DNA of 58,068 nucleotides from Spirochaetales bacterium (lineage in GTDB: Bacteria; Spirochaetota; Spirochaetia; JAFGDJ01), in the NCBI GenBank assembly GCA_016932135.1, contig JAFGDJ010000040.1:1-58068 (forward strand), written 5' to 3'. Both the position numbers and the translations under genes were made by a program. Each line of letters begins with the position of its first letter. The stretch's first letter is position 1. This document shows positions 55,404 to 58,068 of the stretch, in pieces. The notes beneath the pieces were generated by a model. The model was not told the DNA's origin. It did no database searches and worked only from the letters and a program-made list of their open reading frames with translations.

Positions 55404-57479
55404 TTAGTTTTTCCTGGTTTTGCTGAAAGCTTCTACCAGTTCTTCGGTTATGGAGACGGGAACCCGTCCGTATTTCAGGAACTCCATGGAGAATTCAGCT
55501 TTTCCCTGAGTCAGGGAACGGAGGACCGTGGAGTATCCGAACATTTCACTTAAAGGAACCTCCGCGTCCACGGAGAAAAAGGATACTTCTTCCTGAGCAC
55601 TGATGATAACCCCGCGTCGCTGGTTGATACTGCCGAAAATATTTCCCTGGAATTCCGTGGGGGCTTCAACGGTTACCCTCATGATAGGCTCTAGGATTTT
55701 TGGTCCCGCTTTACGGTACACCTCTTTGAAGGCGCCGACGGCCGCCAATTGGAAAGCCATGTCCGACGAATCCACCGAATGACTGGTGCCGTCGTTTACC
55801 ACGACCTTTACCCCGGTAACAGGAAAACCGATTAACAGCCCCTTCACCAGGGCGGAGTGAAATCCCTTATCGCAGGAAGGAATGTATTCGGTGGGGATAG
55901 ATCCCCCTTTCACCTCGTTGACGAATTCGTATTCCCCTTCTTCCAGAGGTTCGATGTATCCGGCAACCCGGGCGTACTGTCCGGAACCGCCGGTTTGCTT
56001 TTTATGGGTGTAGTCGAAATCCACCCGGGAACTGATGGTTTCACGATAAGCTACCTGGGGCTGACCCGTCTCGACCGTCGCTTTGTATTCCCTTCGCATT
56101 CTTTCCACATAGACATCCAGGTGCAGTTCCCCCATCCCCTGAATAATGGTCTCGTTGGATTCCGGGTCCACATAGGTTCTGAAGGTAGGATCTTCCTTGG
56201 TAAACCGATTCAAAGCCTTGGACATATTGTCTTCCGATTTTTTGTCGGCGGCTTTCAGAGAAAGGGAAATAACCGTATTGGGAACGTACATGGAGGTCAT
56301 GGAATAATTGAGTCCGGGCCGCACGAAGGTGTCCCCGGAGGTGCAATCCACTCCGAAAAGGGCAACTATATCTCCGGCGGGAGCCCCCTGAATGTCCTCC
56401 ATACTGTCGGAATGCATACGGATTAACCGGCCGATCTTAATCTTCTTTCGGCTTCTGGTGTTATAGACCTCGTCCCCCTTCCTCAGGGAACCCTGGTAGA
56501 TGCGAATATAGGTGAGCTGTCCGTATTGGCCTTCTTCCAGCTTGAAAGCCAGGGCTACCAGCGGGGCCGCGGGGTCTGCCTTAAGGACAACCTTTGCTTC
56601 GTTAGTATCCAGGTCCAGGGCAATATTTTCCACCTCGGCGGGATTCGGAAGGTAGTCCAACACCGCGTCCAGCAAGGGCTGAACCCCCTTGTTCCGATAG
56701 GCGCTGCCCAGGAACACCGGGGTCAGCTCTCTGGCCAGGGTTCCTTTTCTGACAGCTTTATAAATCAGGGCTTCCGTAACGGTTTCTTCCATGATCGCTT
56801 CCATGAGTTCATCACAGAACATACTGGCCGCATCAAGCAATTCTTCTCGCCGGGCGGCGGCTTCTTCGGCCAGGTGAGAAGGAATCTCTTCTTCCACCAC
56901 CGACTCTCCGTTATCCCCCTGGAAATACAGTGCCTTCATTTTTACCAGGTCCACCACCCCTTCGAATTTACCCTCCAGGCCGATGGGTAGCTGCATCAGG
57001 ACGGCGTTATGCCCCAGTTTCTCTTTTAACTGCCGGAAAACCCTGTAAGGATCGGCACCGGTACGGTCACACTTGTTAATAAAAGCCAAACGAGGAACAT
57101 GATACCGCTTCAATTGCCGGTCTACGGTGATAGACTGGGACTGAACACCACCGACGGAACAAAGAACCAGGATGGCTCCGTCTAAAACCCTCAAGGCCCG
57201 TTCCACCTCAATGGTGAAATCCACATGGCCCGGGGTATCAATAACGTTGATGTTGTAATCTTTCCAGGTAACGTTGGTGGCCGCGGAGGCAATGGTAATG
57301 CCCCGCTCCCGTTCCAGTTCCATGGAATCCATAGTGGCTCCCACCCCGTCCTTACCCCGGACTTCATGAATCGCGTGGATTTTCTTACAATAAAACAGCA
57401 TGCGTTCGGTCAGGGTGGTCTTTCCCGAATCAATATGCGCACTGATTCCGATATTCCTCATTCTTTCTAACGTTTCCAT
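55404..57479 (-). CDS. fusA: Elongation factor G (spdEFG1 / mitochondrial EF-G1-like clade)
   Basis: [60 protein letters not shown]. Confidence 0.97.
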   Translation of the reverse strand: METLERMRNIGISAHIDSGKTTLTERMLFYCKKIHAIHEVRGKDGVGATMDSMELERERGITIASAATNVTWKDYNINVIDTPGHVDFTIEVERALRVLDGAILVLCSVGGVQSQSITVDRQLKRYHVPRLAFINKCDRTGADPYRVFRQLKEKLGHNAVLMQLPIGLEGKFEGVVDLVKMKALYFQGDNGESVVEEEIPSHLAEEAAARREELLDAASMFCDELMEAIMEETVTEALIYKAVRKGTLARELTPVFLGSAYRNKGVQPLLDAVLDYLPNPAEVENIALDLDTNEAKVVLKADPAAPLVALAFKLEEGQYGQLTYIRIYQGSLRKGDEVYNTRSRKKIKIGRLIRMHSDSMEDIQGAPAGDIVALFGVDCTSGDTFVRPGLNYSMTSMYVPNTVISLSLKAADKKSEDNMSKALNRFTKEDPTFRTYVDPESNETIIQGMGELHLDVYVERMRREYKATVETGQPQVAYRETISSRVDFDYTHKKQTGGSGQYARVAGYIEPLEEGEYEFVNEVKGGSIPTEYIPSCDKGFHSALVKGLLIGFPVTGVKVVVNDGTSHSVDSSDMAFQLAAVGAFKEVYRKAGPKILEPIMRVTVEAPTEFQGNIFGSINQRRGVIISAQEEVSFFSVDAEVPLSEMFGYSTVLRSLTQGKAEFSMEFLKYGRVPVSITEELVEAFSKTRKN

Positions 57480-57496
57480 ACCAGTTCCTTTCGTAA

Positions 57497-57525
57497 AGTA
57501 TAGGCCTTTCTTTCCAAGAATGCCA
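57497..57525 (-). promoter_or_regulatory. sigma70-type promoter of fusA
   Basis: TGGCAT, 17 nt, TATACT, then a short leader with AAAGGA. Confidence 0.45.
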
Positions 57526-57657
57526 TACACGGCGGTTTCAAGGGTCTTTTAAACTGTCCGTACCAGGAATAACGAGCGAAGCGGACACCCGTGGTACCTG
57601 CCGTACCACTGTTTTCTTTTAGGGAATTGATATCTGATTTTTCAGAAAAAATCAAGC

Positions 57658-58068
57658 CTAAGAGGGCTTCGGAAGAAACAAACTGAAGACAGACCCCACT
57701 CCAGGCTCACTGGACACCCTGATGGTTCCGCCGTTGGCCCGGATAAAGTCTTTGCATAATACAAGACCGAAGCCCGTGCCTTTCTCTCCTTCTGTTCCGG
57801 CTCTGGAAAATACGGTATCGATGGCGAAGAGTTTCCTGAGATGGATCGGATCAATGCCGATGCCCGTATCTTTGAGAACCACTTCGGTGGTTTCCTTTCC
57901 TTCTTTCGCTGAAAGGGTGATTTCTCCTCCCCGGGGAGTAAACTTGATGGCGTTGGAAAGGAGGTTCCGCATGACCGTCTCGAACATATTGTAGTCCACC
58001 CGGACATACACCTCCGGGTCCACCAGGTTCCGGACCTTCAGCTCCTTGGAACGGAGCTTTTCCGCGAA
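57658..58068 (-). CDS. Sensor histidine kinase, C-terminal HATPase_c part (5' end outside the window)
   Basis: N box RNLLSNAIKFT, G1 DTGIGI, F box, G2 GTGFGL; frame open to the window edge. Confidence 0.92.
   Translation of the reverse strand, partial: FAEKLRSKELKVRNLVDPEVYVRVDYNMFETVMRNLLSNAIKFTPRGGEITLSAKEGKETTEVVLKDTGIGIDPIHLRKLFAIDTVFSRAGTEGEKGTGFGLVLCKDFIRANGGTIRVSSEPGVGSVFSLFLPKPS

Noticed and set aside
1-58068. Visually frequent CCGG tetramers
   Set aside because: Not quantified; plausibly explained by CCG/CGG/GGA codon preference. Needs a Markov-normalised count.

Overview
Gene-dense chromosomal segment, most likely from a free-living spirochaete (Spirochaetia). The lineage is inferred from an spdEFG1-type fusA, the carD-ispD-ispF block, a LysM/Slt/mnmG neighbourhood and spirochaete-like hypothetical proteins. 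About 49 CDS are supported; no rRNA, tRNA, CRISPR array or mobile element was recognised. Left to right: an RND efflux operon (MFP, AcrB-type pump, an extra lipoprotein, TolC, TetR); an FNT channel; ftsK-uppP-slt-LysM; a TPR/Mrr-like protein; mnmE-mnmG-rsmG; a PspA-like gene plus GDPD; three envelope proteins; pepT; leuS; an M24 peptidase; a DAHP synthase-prephenate dehydratase fusion; an MMPL transporter; an orphan OppA; a 10.5 kb sugar-acid catabolic island; carD-ispD-ispF-nth; a RecA-family ATPase downstream of fusA; and a partial histidine kinase. The best candidate for an undescribed system is the island (41781-52258). It encodes a tripartite tricarboxylate transporter, two TIM-barrel isomerases, a split transketolase, a glyoxylate/hydroxypyruvate-type reductase, two GntR regulators and an AEC-family carrier, but no kinase. 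This gene set mirrors the sulfoglycolytic transketolase pathway and suggests a kinase-free transketolase route for a uronic or keto sugar acid. Other highlights: many sigma70 promoters ending 5-7 nt before a start codon (leaderless mRNAs), an Hsp70 substrate-binding-domain/TM/LysM protein, and a lipoprotein embedded in the RND operon. All functional calls come from motif recognition by eye; no database searches were run.
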